A stretch of DNA of 64,000 nucleotides, from contig CAWECF010000003.1 of NCBI GenBank assembly GCA_963807745.1, forward strand, positions 763,895 through 827,894. The letters are read 5' to 3'. Within the stretch, counting starts at the first letter, position 1, and every line of letters starts with the position of its first letter. Below are positions 1 to 9,923 of the stretch, piece after piece. The notes under the pieces were generated by a model that saw nothing but the letters and a program-made list of their open reading frames with translations, was not told where the DNA came from and searched no databases. The position numbers and the translations under genes were made by a program. The DNA is from an uncultured bacterium (GTDB lineage: Bacteria > Actinomycetota > Thermoleophilia > Solirubrobacterales > 70-9).

Positions 1-507
1 GCGCTGTGGGTTTTCGAGCAGGCGCGTGAGCGCGACGACCTCGAAGTCGAGCTGGTTGACCTGGCAGACCAGGGCCTTCCGGTGTTCGACGAGGGAATCC
101 CGCCCGGCGCCGGCAAGTACGAGCACGACCACACCAAGCGCTGGGCCGCGCTGATCGACTCGTTCGACGGCTACGTCTTCGTCACCCCCGAGTACAACCA
201 CGGCATCCCGGGCGTTCTGAAGAACGCGCTCGACTTCATCTACGCCGAGTGGAACGACAAGGTCGCCGGATTCGTCGGCTACGGCAACACGGGCGGCGCC
301 AGGTCGGTCGAGCAGCTTCGCCTCGTCATGGCCGAGCTACAGGTGGCAACCGTCCGCTCGACGGTCGCCCTGTCGATCTTCACCGACTTCGACAGGGAGA
401 ACAAGTTCACGCCCGACGAGCGGCACCTGAGGAAGCTCAACGCGATGCTCGACGAGCTGGTCGCCTGGGGCGAGGCGCTCAAGGGCGTCCGCGAGTCGCG
501 CGGCTAG
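1..507 (+). CDS. NAD(P)H-dependent FMN reductase family protein (5' end outside window)
   Basis: Frame is open from base 1 and continues into track ORF 82..507. FVTPEYNHGIPGVLKNALDF is typical of the FMN reductase family. Confidence 0.8.
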   Translation, partial: ALWVFEQARERDDLEVELVDLADQGLPVFDEGIPPGAGKYEHDHTKRWAALIDSFDGYVFVTPEYNHGIPGVLKNALDFIYAEWNDKVAGFVGYGNTGGARSVEQLRLVMAELQVATVRSTVALSIFTDFDRENKFTPDERHLRKLNAMLDELVAWGEALKGVRESRG

Positions 508-542
508 GACAAGCCCGGTCGGCAGGCCTGGCAGCAAGTGCC

Positions 543-1169
543 TTACAGCTTGTCGTGCGCCAGTCGCATTTCCCGCGCCAGCGCCGCGTCGGAATAGAAG
601 CCGTCCCCCTCCAGTTCGCTGCGAACCGCCTGGACCGTCTCGGGCGATTTGTTCTGGCTCATCTTTTGCTTGGCGACAACCTTCGTCGGAACCAGGCGTA
701 GGCCGAGAGTTCCCCGGCTGTCGCGTCGTGCGTTCTCTAGGACCTCTGGTGACGAGTTCAAGGGTCGCGGATGGTCTACGCGCTGCTCAAAATGATCGAC
801 TAGCCGTGTGAGGACTTCAAAGTTCTCATCTGGCGCCAGAATCTCAGGAACCCCCGTCAGGTGGGCGACGATGAAGTTCCAGGTCGGCACCTCGATGTGC
901 TCCCCGTACCAGCTCGAAGAGACGTAGCCGTGCGGTCCCTGGACGATCATCAGCAGCTCACGCTCGCCCAGCTCGTGCACCTTCTCGTCGGGCCGCCCTA
1001 GATGGGTCACGATCGATAGTTCCTCTCGATTCTCTTCCAGCAGGATCGGGTAATGCGATGCCACCAGGCCAGATGACGAGTTCGAGACCAGCGTGGCCCA
1101 CGGGTTCTCCCGAATCAGCCGTTTGACCACTTCGAGGTCCGTGAGTTCGAAATAGGGGTTCTTTCGCAC
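543..1169 (-). CDS. FMN-binding negative transcriptional regulator, PaiB family
   Basis: 208-aa ORF. N-terminus NPWATLVSNSSSGLVASHYPILL and overall length match the PaiB family pattern. Confidence 0.75.
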   Translation of the reverse strand: MRKNPYFELTDLEVVKRLIRENPWATLVSNSSSGLVASHYPILLEENREELSIVTHLGRPDEKVHELGERELLMIVQGPHGYVSSSWYGEHIEVPTWNFIVAHLTGVPEILAPDENFEVLTRLVDHFEQRVDHPRPLNSSPEVLENARRDSRGTLGLRLVPTKVVAKQKMSQNKSPETVQAVRSELEGDGFYSDAALAREMRLAHDKL

Positions 1170-1190
1170 CGCTTCAATTATGCGCTTTGG

Positions 1191-1223
1191 ACGAAAAGCC
1201 CTATCTCATCGAGAGTGAGATAG
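1191..1223 (-). terminator. Hairpin plus T-tract downstream of the SnoaL-like gene
   Basis: CTATCTCA-N7-TGAGATAG inverted repeat (1201-1208/1216-1223), followed on the minus strand by GGCTTTTCGT. Confidence 0.35.
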
Positions 1224-1297
1224 CGGGACACATAGGGCCGCCAGATCACTCTCGGCGCAATCCGGACTAGGTAGAGCGTCGCCGCGAATGAAAGGGG

Positions 1298-1699
1298 CTA
1301 TTCCGCCAGCCCGGCGGCTTCGAGAGCCCGGTCCTTCTCCAGGTAGGCCCGGATTTCCATGAGCTCTGCATCTCTGAGCCTGAAAACGTGAAAGACGGTC
1401 TGGTCTATCGGGACCCCACCGCCTCGCCCCCGAATGCGCAGGTGCACACGGACCACGGCAACATCCTCATGATCGAGGATGAACTCCTCAGGCTCCCACT
1501 CCCACTCCTCCACGAGCTCGAGGGCGGCTTCCGCCCACGCTCGGAATCCGGCGGGACCCCGGTAGGTAGCCGCGTCGGGGACTTCGGACAACTCGTGCAG
1601 CTGCGCATCGGGGTGAACCCCTTGGAGCCACGCGTCGATGTCGCCCCGGCTCAGGGCGGCGTAGCCGTCACGAAGGATTCCCTGCGTTTCTTGCGACAT
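1298..1699 (-). CDS. SnoaL-like / NTF2-fold protein
   Basis: 133-aa ORF with good GC3. Small alpha+beta barrel-type sequence (GYAALSRGDIDAWL...). Confidence 0.6.
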   Translation of the reverse strand: MSQETQGILRDGYAALSRGDIDAWLQGVHPDAQLHELSEVPDAATYRGPAGFRAWAEAALELVEEWEWEPEEFILDHEDVAVVRVHLRIRGRGGGVPIDQTVFHVFRLRDAELMEIRAYLEKDRALEAAGLAE

Positions 1700-1769
1700 G
1701 GCTCGCGCAGTATCTCGCGGTCAGGAGATCCGTGCGTTCTATGCACAGCACCGAAGTGCTTATTGGCCC

Positions 1770-2789
1770 CTAGAAAAGCGCGTGTTGGTCGGCCGGGGGT
1801 CCCGTCTCAGGCGGATCCTCGGGCGTTCTTTGCTCGCGCAGGAAGCGCCGCGGTGGGTTCTTGCCTCGTGCCAGCTTTGCCAGCCGGGCGCGCTCCTTCT
1901 TCGGCAGGTAGGCGCCGCGCCCGCGGCCGTAGAGCTTCTCGTAGTGCGGAACCAGGTCTGGTCGGTACTGGCGGAGCCAGTCCATGAACAGCGCCTTCAC
2001 CTCGCCGCGGAGGTGGAGGCCGATGCCGCCAACGTTGGTAGCGCCCATCTCGCCGGCGATCTCGAGAATCTTCTCGACCTGCCGGGGATCGTCATTGATT
2101 CCGGGCATCAGCGGCGCGACCAGGATTCCGGTCGGGATCCCCACCCGGTTGAGCTCGCCGACCGCTGCGAGCCGCGTCTTCGGGTGAGGCGTGTGCGGCT
2201 CGGAGGCGCGCCACGCCTTCTCGTCGAGCGTCGGCACCGAAAGGTTCGCCGTGAACTCGGTCCGCTCGGCGATCTCCTTGAAGAGCGCGATGTCCCGGAG
2301 GAGGAGTGGCGACTTGGTCAGCACCGAGCACGGGTTGGAGAAGTCACGCATCGCCTCCCAGATCCCGGGCATCAGGCGGTAGCGTGACTCGACCCACTGA
2401 TAGGGGTCGGTGTTGGTACCAAGCGCGATGTGCTCGCCCTTCCACCGCGCCTTGCCGAGCTCGGCGCGCACCAGCTCGGGCACGTTGACTTTGACGACGA
2501 TCTCCCGCTCGAAGTCGCGGCCCGCGTTCAGGTCCAGATAGGTATGCGTCGGCCTGGCGAAGCAATAAATGCAGGCATGAGTGCAGCCCCGATACGGGTT
2601 GATCGTGAAGCGGAACGGCATCCGCGAACGCTCCGGCACCGCGTTGATCGCCGAGCGCGCCTGGACCTCGTGGAAATTGATCCCGAGAGCCTCGGGCGCG
2701 TCGAACGTGCGGACGACCGAGTCCCCGATTCCGGGAAGGACCGCTTGCGGGCGAGCCCCTCTTTCCAGTTCATCCCAGCGCACGAACAC
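1770..2789 (-). CDS. Radical SAM protein, SplB/Rv2578c-like (COG1533 DNA-repair-photolyase family)
   Basis: 339-aa ORF with the CTHACIYC radical-SAM CxxxCxxC cluster motif. GTG start at 2789 (or 2783). Confidence 0.85.
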   Translation of the reverse strand: MFVRWDELERGARPQAVLPGIGDSVVRTFDAPEALGINFHEVQARSAINAVPERSRMPFRFTINPYRGCTHACIYCFARPTHTYLDLNAGRDFEREIVVKVNVPELVRAELGKARWKGEHIALGTNTDPYQWVESRYRLMPGIWEAMRDFSNPCSVLTKSPLLLRDIALFKEIAERTEFTANLSVPTLDEKAWRASEPHTPHPKTRLAAVGELNRVGIPTGILVAPLMPGINDDPRQVEKILEIAGEMGATNVGGIGLHLRGEVKALFMDWLRQYRPDLVPHYEKLYGRGRGAYLPKKERARLAKLARGKNPPRRFLREQRTPEDPPETGPPADQHALF

Positions 2790-2796
2790 ACGTTCG
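2783..2796. promoter_or_regulatory. LexA (SOS, Cheo-type) box CGAACACACGTTCG
   Basis: Perfect GAAC-N4-GTTC palindrome straddling the start codon of the radical SAM gene. Same core as the box upstream of lexA at 22372-22385. Confidence 0.6.
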
Positions 2797-2867
2797 CATG
2801 CGGCCCGGACGGCAACGAGGGCGGTCAGGTCGCCGCCCCTGCCCTACGCGCCTGAGCGCCGTGAGCG

Positions 2868-3509
2868 TCAGCCGATTACGCCGGCGACTAGTCGCTTCGC
2901 CGGCTCGACCGCCTCGGGCGGCAGCCAGTGACCGGCGTCCGTCTCCAGGTACTCGGGCTCGATTCCGCCTGAGCGGAGCAACTCGCGCGCCTTTCGCGCG
3001 AACTCGACGGAGATGATCGGGTCGTTCGCCCCGTGGTGGATGACCACCGGCAGCCCTGATCGGCCTTCGAGGTCGGGCTCCCACCCCTCGACGGTGGGGA
3101 CGAAGCCGCTCAAGGCGACGAGACCGCCAGGTGTCGGCCGTCCCCGGCCCAGGCTCACCGAGTAGGACATGACGGCGCCCATCGAAAACCCTCCGATGAC
3201 CGTGTCGCTCCACTCGAGGCCGCGTTCGGCCAGGAAGCCGTCGAGGAACCCCGTCAGCGCCTCGTATGACGACGCGAACGTGGCGGGGTCGGGATAACCG
3301 ACCCGCGGCACCAGGTACCAATGCCGCCCGCCCGGCGGCACGTTCGTGAGCGGCGCGCCCGTGGTGACGCCGACAAGGCGACGCTCCGGGTCGAGCTCGT
3401 CGAGGAGCCCGAAGAGGTCGTTCTCGTCGGCGCCGCGCCCGTGGTTGAGGATCAGAGCGCCGCTGGCCTCGCCAGCGGGCTCGCGAACCCTGTGGACCAG
3501 GTCGCTCAC
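2868..3509 (-). CDS. Alpha/beta hydrolase, phospholipase/carboxylesterase family
   Basis: 213-aa ORF with GFSMGA nucleophile elbow and C-terminal HHGANDP and GHW motifs. GTGA overlap with the upstream gene. Confidence 0.75.
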   Translation of the reverse strand: MSDLVHRVREPAGEASGALILNHGRGADENDLFGLLDELDPERRLVGVTTGAPLTNVPPGGRHWYLVPRVGYPDPATFASSYEALTGFLDGFLAERGLEWSDTVIGGFSMGAVMSYSVSLGRGRPTPGGLVALSGFVPTVEGWEPDLEGRSGLPVVIHHGANDPIISVEFARKARELLRSGGIEPEYLETDAGHWLPPEAVEPAKRLVAGVIG

Positions 3510-4432
3510 CCGTGGGAGCGCGCGGCCCGCGGGTTCTGAACGGGAGTAAGGACCCGCTCGATCTCCTCGCGCCGGTCCTCCAGGAAGGGCGGCAGGATCA
3601 GCGACTCGCCCAGGTGCGCCGGATCCTCGTCGACGCCGAATCCCGGATCCATGGTCGCGATCTCGAACAGGACGCCGCTCGGCTCACGGAAGTAGATCGA
3701 CTCGAACCAGAAGCGGTCGATGACGGGCGTCGGATGCGCGCCGCCGGCGATCGCCCGCTCGCGCCAACCCTCGTGCTCGTCGGTTTCCGAGGCCCAGGCG
3801 ATGTGGTGAACGGTCCCCGCGCCCTGAATGCCACCCTCGGCTGGTGCCGGGTCGTAGGCCCAGGTGCCTCCGCGCCGCTTGCCCCGGATCTGCCACCCGG
3901 CGTCACCTTGACGCTCGAAGCCCAGGTTCTCCTCGAGAAGTGAGCGGCTGCGCTCGGGATCGGCGGAGTAGGCGCGAGCGCCCTCGAACCCCTGGAGCGC
4001 ATGCTCGGCAGGCACTTCGGGATGCTCGGCGATCAGCGGCTGGTCCTCGACCGTCGAGACGACAAACTCGTGCTCGAGGCCCTCGGGGTCGCGGAAGCGA
4101 AGGGCGCCATCGACCCGCTCGGAATCGGTCCCCGCTGCAGACAGACGCTCTTCCCAGAATCCGAGCGCCTCGTCGGATGCGACGCGCCAGACGATGCGAT
4201 GCACCATGCCCTGACCCGCGCGGCCCTGCGCGGCGTCCGGGAACTCGAAGAAGGTCATGTCGGCGCCCGGGCTGCCCTCCTCGTCGGCGTAGAAGAGGTG
4301 GTAGACGCTCGGCTGGTCCTGGTTCACGGTCTTCTTGACCATGCGGAGGCCCAGGGTGCCCGCGTAGAAGTCGACGTTCTGCTGCGCGTCGGCCGTGATC
4401 GCTGTGATGTGGTGGACTCCGTCGAGCTTCAT
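3506..4432 (-). CDS. Ring-cleaving dioxygenase, VOC/glyoxalase superfamily (two-domain)
   Basis: Start taken at MKLDGVHHITAI (Met24 of the track ORF). VHHIT and VHHIAW repeats are typical of two-domain VOC dioxygenases. Confidence 0.8.
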   Translation of the reverse strand: MKLDGVHHITAITADAQQNVDFYAGTLGLRMVKKTVNQDQPSVYHLFYADEEGSPGADMTFFEFPDAAQGRAGQGMVHRIVWRVASDEALGFWEERLSAAGTDSERVDGALRFRDPEGLEHEFVVSTVEDQPLIAEHPEVPAEHALQGFEGARAYSADPERSRSLLEENLGFERQGDAGWQIRGKRRGGTWAYDPAPAEGGIQGAGTVHHIAWASETDEHEGWRERAIAGGAHPTPVIDRFWFESIYFREPSGVLFEIATMDPGFGVDEDPAHLGESLILPPFLEDRREEIERVLTPVQNPRAARSHG

Positions 4433-4461
4433 GAGTTGGTCCTTTCGGGGACGATTTCTAT

Positions 4462-4504
4462 TTGCACACGCAACTATAACACACAGTAGTTGTACGTGCA
4501 ACTA
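4462..4504. promoter_or_regulatory. Tandem pseudo-palindromic operator boxes in the MarR/dioxygenase divergent promoter
   Basis: TTGCACACGCAACTA (4462-4476) and TTGTACGTGCAACTA (4490-4504), 28 bp apart, in an AT-richer 92-bp intergenic region. Confidence 0.45.
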
Positions 4505-4524
4505 GATTCGCTACTCTGTTTGCC

Positions 4525-4992
4525 ATGGAAAGGACGAACGCCGGCGAGGCTCGGCTCTCCCCCGACGAGATCGCCGCCTGGAAGGGGCTGCTCAGGACGC
4601 ATCGCGACCTGGTTGCGAGCCTGGACTCGCAGCTGGAGCGCGAGCATTCCCTCCCCCTCTCCTCATACGAGGTCATGATGGTGCTCGCCGACGCCGACGG
4701 CGGCCGCGCCCGGATGGGCGAGCTCGCGGATCAGCTCCTCCTCAGCCGCAGCGGCCTCACCCGGCTCGTCGATCGCCTCGTGCGCCAGGGATGGGTCGAG
4801 CGCACCCCCTGCGAGGACGACGCGCGAGGCCTTTACGCGGCCATAACCCCATCTGGGAGAGCCAAGCTCGAGACCGCACGCCCTGCTCACCTGGACGGGG
4901 TGCGCGCCGCCTTCCTTTCCCGGCTTTCCGACTCGGACCTACGGGCGCTCGCGCGGACCTGGAAGCGACTGGCCCAACCCGGCGAGGCCTAG
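4525..4992 (+). CDS. MarR family transcriptional regulator
   Basis: 155-aa ORF. Winged-helix region MGELADQLLLSRSGLTRLVDRLVRQGWVER. Confidence 0.85.
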   Translation: MERTNAGEARLSPDEIAAWKGLLRTHRDLVASLDSQLEREHSLPLSSYEVMMVLADADGGRARMGELADQLLLSRSGLTRLVDRLVRQGWVERTPCEDDARGLYAAITPSGRAKLETARPAHLDGVRAAFLSRLSDSDLRALARTWKRLAQPGEA

Positions 4993-4994
4993 AC

Positions 4995-7265
4995 CTACGC
5001 CGCGATCGGGACCGGACGGCCGACCTCGTAGCCCTGTGCCATGTCGATGCCGTGCATCCGCAGCAGCGGCAGAGCGCTCGGGGACTCGACGAGCTTCGCG
5101 ACGGTGGTCTTCGACGTTCCGTGGGCCAGGCGGACGATCGCGCGGATCGTCGTGTACTCAGGCTCCTCCAGAAGCGAGCGGACGACGGTCCCGTCGATCT
5201 TGATCTGGCCGACGGGCAGACGCTGGAGGTACTCGAACGAGCCGAAGCCCGCGCTGAACCCGTCGAGGACGAGCGTGCACCCGGCATCCGAAAGACGGCC
5301 GAGAGTTGCGCTCGCGCGCTCCACGTCGAGCCGAACCGAGCCCTCTCCGATCTCGAAGCTCAGCGCCCCTTCCTCCATCGCAGACCCGGTCACGCGCGAG
5401 ATCAGCTCGTCGAGGACGCGCTCGTCGCCGAGCGTTTCCCCCGAGAGGTTCACCTGGAAGCGGGTCCCGCGCGAACCGTTCGAGAGCATCGCAATCGCGC
5501 GAGTCACAACCCAGTCGTCGATGGCGGTGCAGACACCTTCGGTCTGCGCCGCGGCTCCCAGGAAGTCAGAAGCCGGGAGGACGGTGCCCGATTCGTCGCG
5601 CATGCGCACGAGCAGTTCGTGGTGAGCTACTCGGCCGCTCCGAAGGTCGACGACCGGCTGCCCGTAGATGAGGAGCTCGTCGGCCTCGATCGCCGCGCGG
5701 ACGCGATCGGCGATTGTGGGTTCGCGGACGACATGCTCAGTTGGGACGGCGGCGATGTGCGCGGTTGGGACAGCGGCGATGCTCGGGCTGCCCTGCTCGG
5801 GGTCGTCAGACCTTTCCGCGGTTCGCGTGTGTGGCGCTTGAGGAGGCGCGTCGGCGAGCTCGGCTACCGCGCCGCCCCGCTGCTTGGCGCGGTACATCGC
5901 CGCGTCGGCGGTCGCCATCACATCCTCTGCCGATCCCGTCAGACCCTCGCCGAATGGCGCCACGCCGACCGAGACCGACACACCCCATGACGAGACCTCG
6001 TCGGCGGCAAGCCGCGCGATGAGCGCCTGCGCAAGAGACATCGCCTCGTTGGCCTCGGTGTTCGGTAGCAGGACAGCGAACTCGTCGCCGGCGAGCCGGG
6101 CGAGAACGTCGGTTGAGCGGAAGCGGCCGCGCATCGCCTCGGCCACCCTGCGCAGAGCGACGTCTCCGGCGCCGTGCCCTCTGGTGTCGTTGACCGCCTT
6201 GAGGCGATCCAGGTCGATCAGGAGGAGCGCGCCCCCTCCTCCGTAGCGGCGCTGGAGTGCGATCGAGGACTCGAGCTCCTCGCGGAACCGGCGGCGGTTC
6301 ATGAGACCGGTCAGGGAGTCGTGGTCGGCGACGTAGCGAAGTTGCTCCTCGAACCGTTTGCGCTCTGTCACGTCTTGGACCTGCACGATGCCCGCGGTGC
6401 GAGCGACGTTCTCGGTCGGAATGGTCGAGACGCTCAGCTCGAGCCAGACCAGCCTGTCGTCGGGGAGAAGCGCGCGCTTCTCGACAGTGAATCGCTCGAG
6501 CCCGCCGGCGAGCAGCCGCTCGCGTTGCGGTTCGTCGTTGGCAGCGTCCTCCGCAATGCACAGGCCGGTCAGCCTGGAGCCGATGAGCTCCTCGCTGCTG
6601 CGACCGGTCAGGTCGCACAGCGCTCTGTTCACTTCCGTCAGGCGCCCATCCGCGCCGTCGCGGAAGTCGACCAGCGCGATACCGATCGGGGCGTTTTCGA
6701 AAGCGCTGCGGAACCTTGCGTCCGCCTCGGACCGCGCCCGCTCGACCTGCGCCATCTCCGTCACGTCCTGGCACACGCCAACCACCCGCACGATCTCGCG
6801 GGTAGCGGGGTCAAGGACCGGCTCGCCCTGGCAGCGGACGCTGCGCACCTGTCCGTCCGGGCGCACGATGCGATGCTCGAAGCGGAACGGCTTGACGTCT
6901 CCGAGCGCAGTCTCGATCTTCAGGCGGACCTCGGCCCGCTCGTCGGGGTGGACGCGCTCCAGGTAGTTCGCGAACGTGGTCCGGAACGGGTGCGGCTCCT
7001 GGCCCTTCTCGATACCGAAGATGCGGTAGAGCTGATCGGACCAGTAGACCTCGTTCCCCGCCAGGCGCCACTCCCAGCTGCCGAAGTTGGCCACCCGCTG
7101 AGCGTCGGCCATCAATTCAGCCGCGGCCCTGAGCTCCTCGGTCGCCCGCTGGGCGATATCCATGCCGTCCTCGACCCGTGCAGCGTCGTGCGCGGACGGA
7201 AGACCGAACAAGCTCTTCGTTGGCCGGTTCCCCCCTACGGGCCCCCGGGTACCGCCAGAATCCAT
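4995..7265 (-). CDS. PAS-PAS-GGDEF-EAL signalling protein (c-di-GMP turnover)
   Basis: 756-aa ORF. PAS (WEWRLAGNEVYWSDQLYRIFG), GGDEF domain (RSTD...AGDEF) and EAL-type domain (YGQPVVDL...ELLVRM). Start may be Met35 at 7163. Confidence 0.85.
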   Translation of the reverse strand: MDSGGTRGPVGGNRPTKSLFGLPSAHDAARVEDGMDIAQRATEELRAAAELMADAQRVANFGSWEWRLAGNEVYWSDQLYRIFGIEKGQEPHPFRTTFANYLERVHPDERAEVRLKIETALGDVKPFRFEHRIVRPDGQVRSVRCQGEPVLDPATREIVRVVGVCQDVTEMAQVERARSEADARFRSAFENAPIGIALVDFRDGADGRLTEVNRALCDLTGRSSEELIGSRLTGLCIAEDAANDEPQRERLLAGGLERFTVEKRALLPDDRLVWLELSVSTIPTENVARTAGIVQVQDVTERKRFEEQLRYVADHDSLTGLMNRRRFREELESSIALQRRYGGGGALLLIDLDRLKAVNDTRGHGAGDVALRRVAEAMRGRFRSTDVLARLAGDEFAVLLPNTEANEAMSLAQALIARLAADEVSSWGVSVSVGVAPFGEGLTGSAEDVMATADAAMYRAKQRGGAVAELADAPPQAPHTRTAERSDDPEQGSPSIAAVPTAHIAAVPTEHVVREPTIADRVRAAIEADELLIYGQPVVDLRSGRVAHHELLVRMRDESGTVLPASDFLGAAAQTEGVCTAIDDWVVTRAIAMLSNGSRGTRFQVNLSGETLGDERVLDELISRVTGSAMEEGALSFEIGEGSVRLDVERASATLGRLSDAGCTLVLDGFSAGFGSFEYLQRLPVGQIKIDGTVVRSLLEEPEYTTIRAIVRLAHGTSKTTVAKLVESPSALPLLRMHGIDMAQGYEVGRPVPIAA

Positions 7266-7405
7266 TCGGATTTCAACGTACAGAAGGTCCAGGAGGGTGG
7301 CGACAGGACATTCGTCCGCCAGCCTCTAAAACGGTTAGGCGGCTCCCCGAAACGAGGTAGGAAATCTGCGAACGAGCCGAAGCTGCCTTCCCTAGGCTGG
7401 CTGTA

Positions 7406-9397
7406 ATGGCCAACAAGCTCTCCGAGGAGTCCAGTCCATACCTACTCCAACACGCCGACAACCCCGTGGACTGGTACCCGTGGGGGGAGGAGGCGTTGTC
7501 GCGCTCGCGCTCGGAGGACATGCCGATCCTGCTCTCGATCGGCTACTCGTCGTGCCACTGGTGCCACGTCATGGAGCGCGAGTCGTTCGAGGACGAGGAG
7601 ACCGCCGCGTACATGAACGAGCACTTCGTCTGCATCAAGGTGGATCGCGAAGAGCGCCCGGACGTCGACGCGATCTACATGGAAGCCGTGCAGGCGATGA
7701 CCGGGCACGGGGGCTGGCCGCTCACCGCGTTCCTCGACACAGGGACGTCGCCCTTCTACTGCGGCACCTATTACCCGCCGGAGCCTCGCCATGGGATGCC
7801 GAGCTTTCGGATGGTCCTGGAGGCCGTCGTCGCTTCATGGGAGACCAAGCGCGACGAGATAGCGGAGCAGTCCGGCAGGATTCGCGAACGGCTCGCCGCC
7901 ACGAGCGCGATCGAGGCGGCCGATGAGGATTTCTCCTCTGCCGCCCTTGCCGAGGCCCAGCGCCTGATCCTCACCAACGCCGACCCGGTCAACGGCGGCT
8001 TCGGAGGCGCGCCGAAGTTCCCGCCGGCCTCGGCGATCGAGTTCCTCCTGGCGCGGGGCGAGAGCGACGTGGTGACCCGGGCCCTCGACGGCATGCTCGC
8101 CGGCGGCATCCACGATCACCTCGGCGGCGGCTTCGCTCGCTACTCCGTCGACGCGGAGTGGCTGGTCCCGCACTTCGAGAAGATGCTCTACGACAACGCC
8201 CTTCTCGCGCGCGCCTACCTCCACGGCTATCAGGCACTTGGCCACGAGCGCTGGCGCGAGACATGCGAGCGCACCCTCGAATGGATGCTCCGCGAGATGC
8301 GGGGCCCCGAGGGCGGCTTCTTCTCGGCGCTCGACGCGGACTCCGAAGGCGTCGAAGGGCTCTTCTACGTCTGGTCGGAGGACGAGCTTCGCGAGGTCCT
8401 GGACGCGGCCCGGCTGGATGACACGGACGCCATCGTCCGCTTCTGGGGAGTCACCCCCGAGGGCAACTTCGAGGGCCGGAACATCCTGCACCTCGCCGCC
8501 GGCGCGGGCGCCGATCCGCCGGCAGCGCTCGAGCGCGCGCGAGCCGCCCTTTACGAGCACAGGGCGAAGCGCGTCTGGCCGGGGCTCGACGACAAGCGCA
8601 TCACGTCGTGGAACGCCCTCGCGATCGCAGCGCTGGCCGACGCGGGCGCGGTGCTCGGCCGGCCCGACTTCATCGCAGCCGCGCGGACGGCGGCGGGGTT
8701 CCTCAGAGAAAGCCTGCGCGATCCGAGCGGTCGCCTCCTGCGCACCTGGAAGGGCGGCGAGGGCAAGATCCTCGGCTACCTCGAGGATCACGCCTACGTC
8801 ACCGAGGCCTTCCTGGTCCTTTACGAGTCGACTTTCGAGGAGCGGTGGTTCGAGGCGGCGGTCGAGACGGCCGACGCGATGGTCGAGCGCTTCGCCGACC
8901 CCGGCAAGGGCGGCTTCTTCACCACTCCCGCAGATGGCGAAGAGCTCCTCGTCCGCCGCAAGGACATCGACGACCATCCGATCCCGTCGGGCAGCTCGTC
9001 CGCTGCATACGGGCTCTTGCGACTCGCAGCGCTTACCGGCGAGGATTCATACGCCAAGCACGCCCGCTCCGTGATCCGCCTGTATGCGCGCGTAGCGGAG
9101 CGCCACCCCCACGCGGTCGCGCATCTCCTGCGGGCGATCGACTTCGACCTGGCCGCGACGAACGAAGTCGCGCTGGTCGGCGACGACCTGGACGAGCTCG
9201 CAGCCGTCGTTCGTTCAGCGCTGCGGCCGCACCTGGTGCTTGCCGGCGGCCCCGAGGGATCGGACCTGCCGCCCTTGCTGGCCGAGCGCAAGCGGGTGGA
9301 AGGCCGAGCGGCCGCCTACGTGTGCCGGGAGTTCGCATGTCGCGCGCCGGTAACGGACCCCGCCGAGCTCGCGGCTGAGATCTCGATTCCAGGGTAG
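7406..9397 (+). CDS. Thioredoxin-domain protein, DUF255/YyaL-like
   Basis: 663-aa ORF. N-terminal [14 protein letters not shown] thioredoxin-like motif followed by a long alpha/alpha-barrel-like region. Confidence 0.85.
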   Translation: MANKLSEESSPYLLQHADNPVDWYPWGEEALSRSRSEDMPILLSIGYSSCHWCHVMERESFEDEETAAYMNEHFVCIKVDREERPDVDAIYMEAVQAMTGHGGWPLTAFLDTGTSPFYCGTYYPPEPRHGMPSFRMVLEAVVASWETKRDEIAEQSGRIRERLAATSAIEAADEDFSSAALAEAQRLILTNADPVNGGFGGAPKFPPASAIEFLLARGESDVVTRALDGMLAGGIHDHLGGGFARYSVDAEWLVPHFEKMLYDNALLARAYLHGYQALGHERWRETCERTLEWMLREMRGPEGGFFSALDADSEGVEGLFYVWSEDELREVLDAARLDDTDAIVRFWGVTPEGNFEGRNILHLAAGAGADPPAALERARAALYEHRAKRVWPGLDDKRITSWNALAIAALADAGAVLGRPDFIAAARTAAGFLRESLRDPSGRLLRTWKGGEGKILGYLEDHAYVTEAFLVLYESTFEERWFEAAVETADAMVERFADPGKGGFFTTPADGEELLVRRKDIDDHPIPSGSSSAAYGLLRLAALTGEDSYAKHARSVIRLYARVAERHPHAVAHLLRAIDFDLAATNEVALVGDDLDELAAVVRSALRPHLVLAGGPEGSDLPPLLAERKRVEGRAAAYVCREFACRAPVTDPAELAAEISIPG

Positions 9398-9410
9398 TCT
9401 GAGGAACAGG

Positions 9411-9923
9411 ATGGCCCCCACCAAGAGAAGCGCGAAGCAAGTCGCCACTGCGTACTTCGAAGCCATCGCCGCCAAGGACCTCGACGCGATGGTCGAAGTC
9501 TGGGCGCCCGGCGGAATCGACCACTTCTACGGCATGGCAGACCTGCCGGCGCCCGATGGCATCCGCCAGTTCTTTTCGGAGATGTTCGCCACCATTCCCG
9601 ACTTCTCGATGTCGGTCACCGACATGGTCGCCTACGGCGACAAGGCCGCGGTCCGCTGGACGGCGACCGGGACCTTCAACGGCAAGGGCAGATTCCAGGG
9701 CATCGCGCCGACGGGCGCGAGCGTGTCGCTCGAAGGCCTCGACCTCTTCACGATCGAGGACGGCCTGATCCAGGAGAACTTCGCGTATACGAACGGCATG
9801 GAGATGGCCCGCCAGATGGGGATCATGCCGCCACTCGGCTCCGCACAGGACCGGGCGATGCTGGGCGCGATGAACGCGAAGACCGCAGCCGCGGCGCGCC
9901 TTCGCAAGCTCGCCGGGCGCTAG
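9411..9923 (+). CDS. Ester cyclase / SnoaL-like polyketide cyclase family protein
   Basis: 170-aa ORF with an NTF2-like pattern (YFEAIAAKDLDAM...WTATGTFNG...G). 13 bp after the preceding gene. Confidence 0.65.
   Translation: MAPTKRSAKQVATAYFEAIAAKDLDAMVEVWAPGGIDHFYGMADLPAPDGIRQFFSEMFATIPDFSMSVTDMVAYGDKAAVRWTATGTFNGKGRFQGIAPTGASVSLEGLDLFTIEDGLIQENFAYTNGMEMARQMGIMPPLGSAQDRAMLGAMNAKTAAAARLRKLAGR

Noticed and set aside
4791-7406. Plus-strand ORFs of 399 and 410 aa (4791..5990, 6174..7406) opposite the GGDEF-EAL gene
   Set aside because: These are shadow ORFs. They have Arg/Ala/Gly/Pro-rich composition and no motifs, and the minus-strand frame carries complete PAS/GGDEF/EAL signatures.
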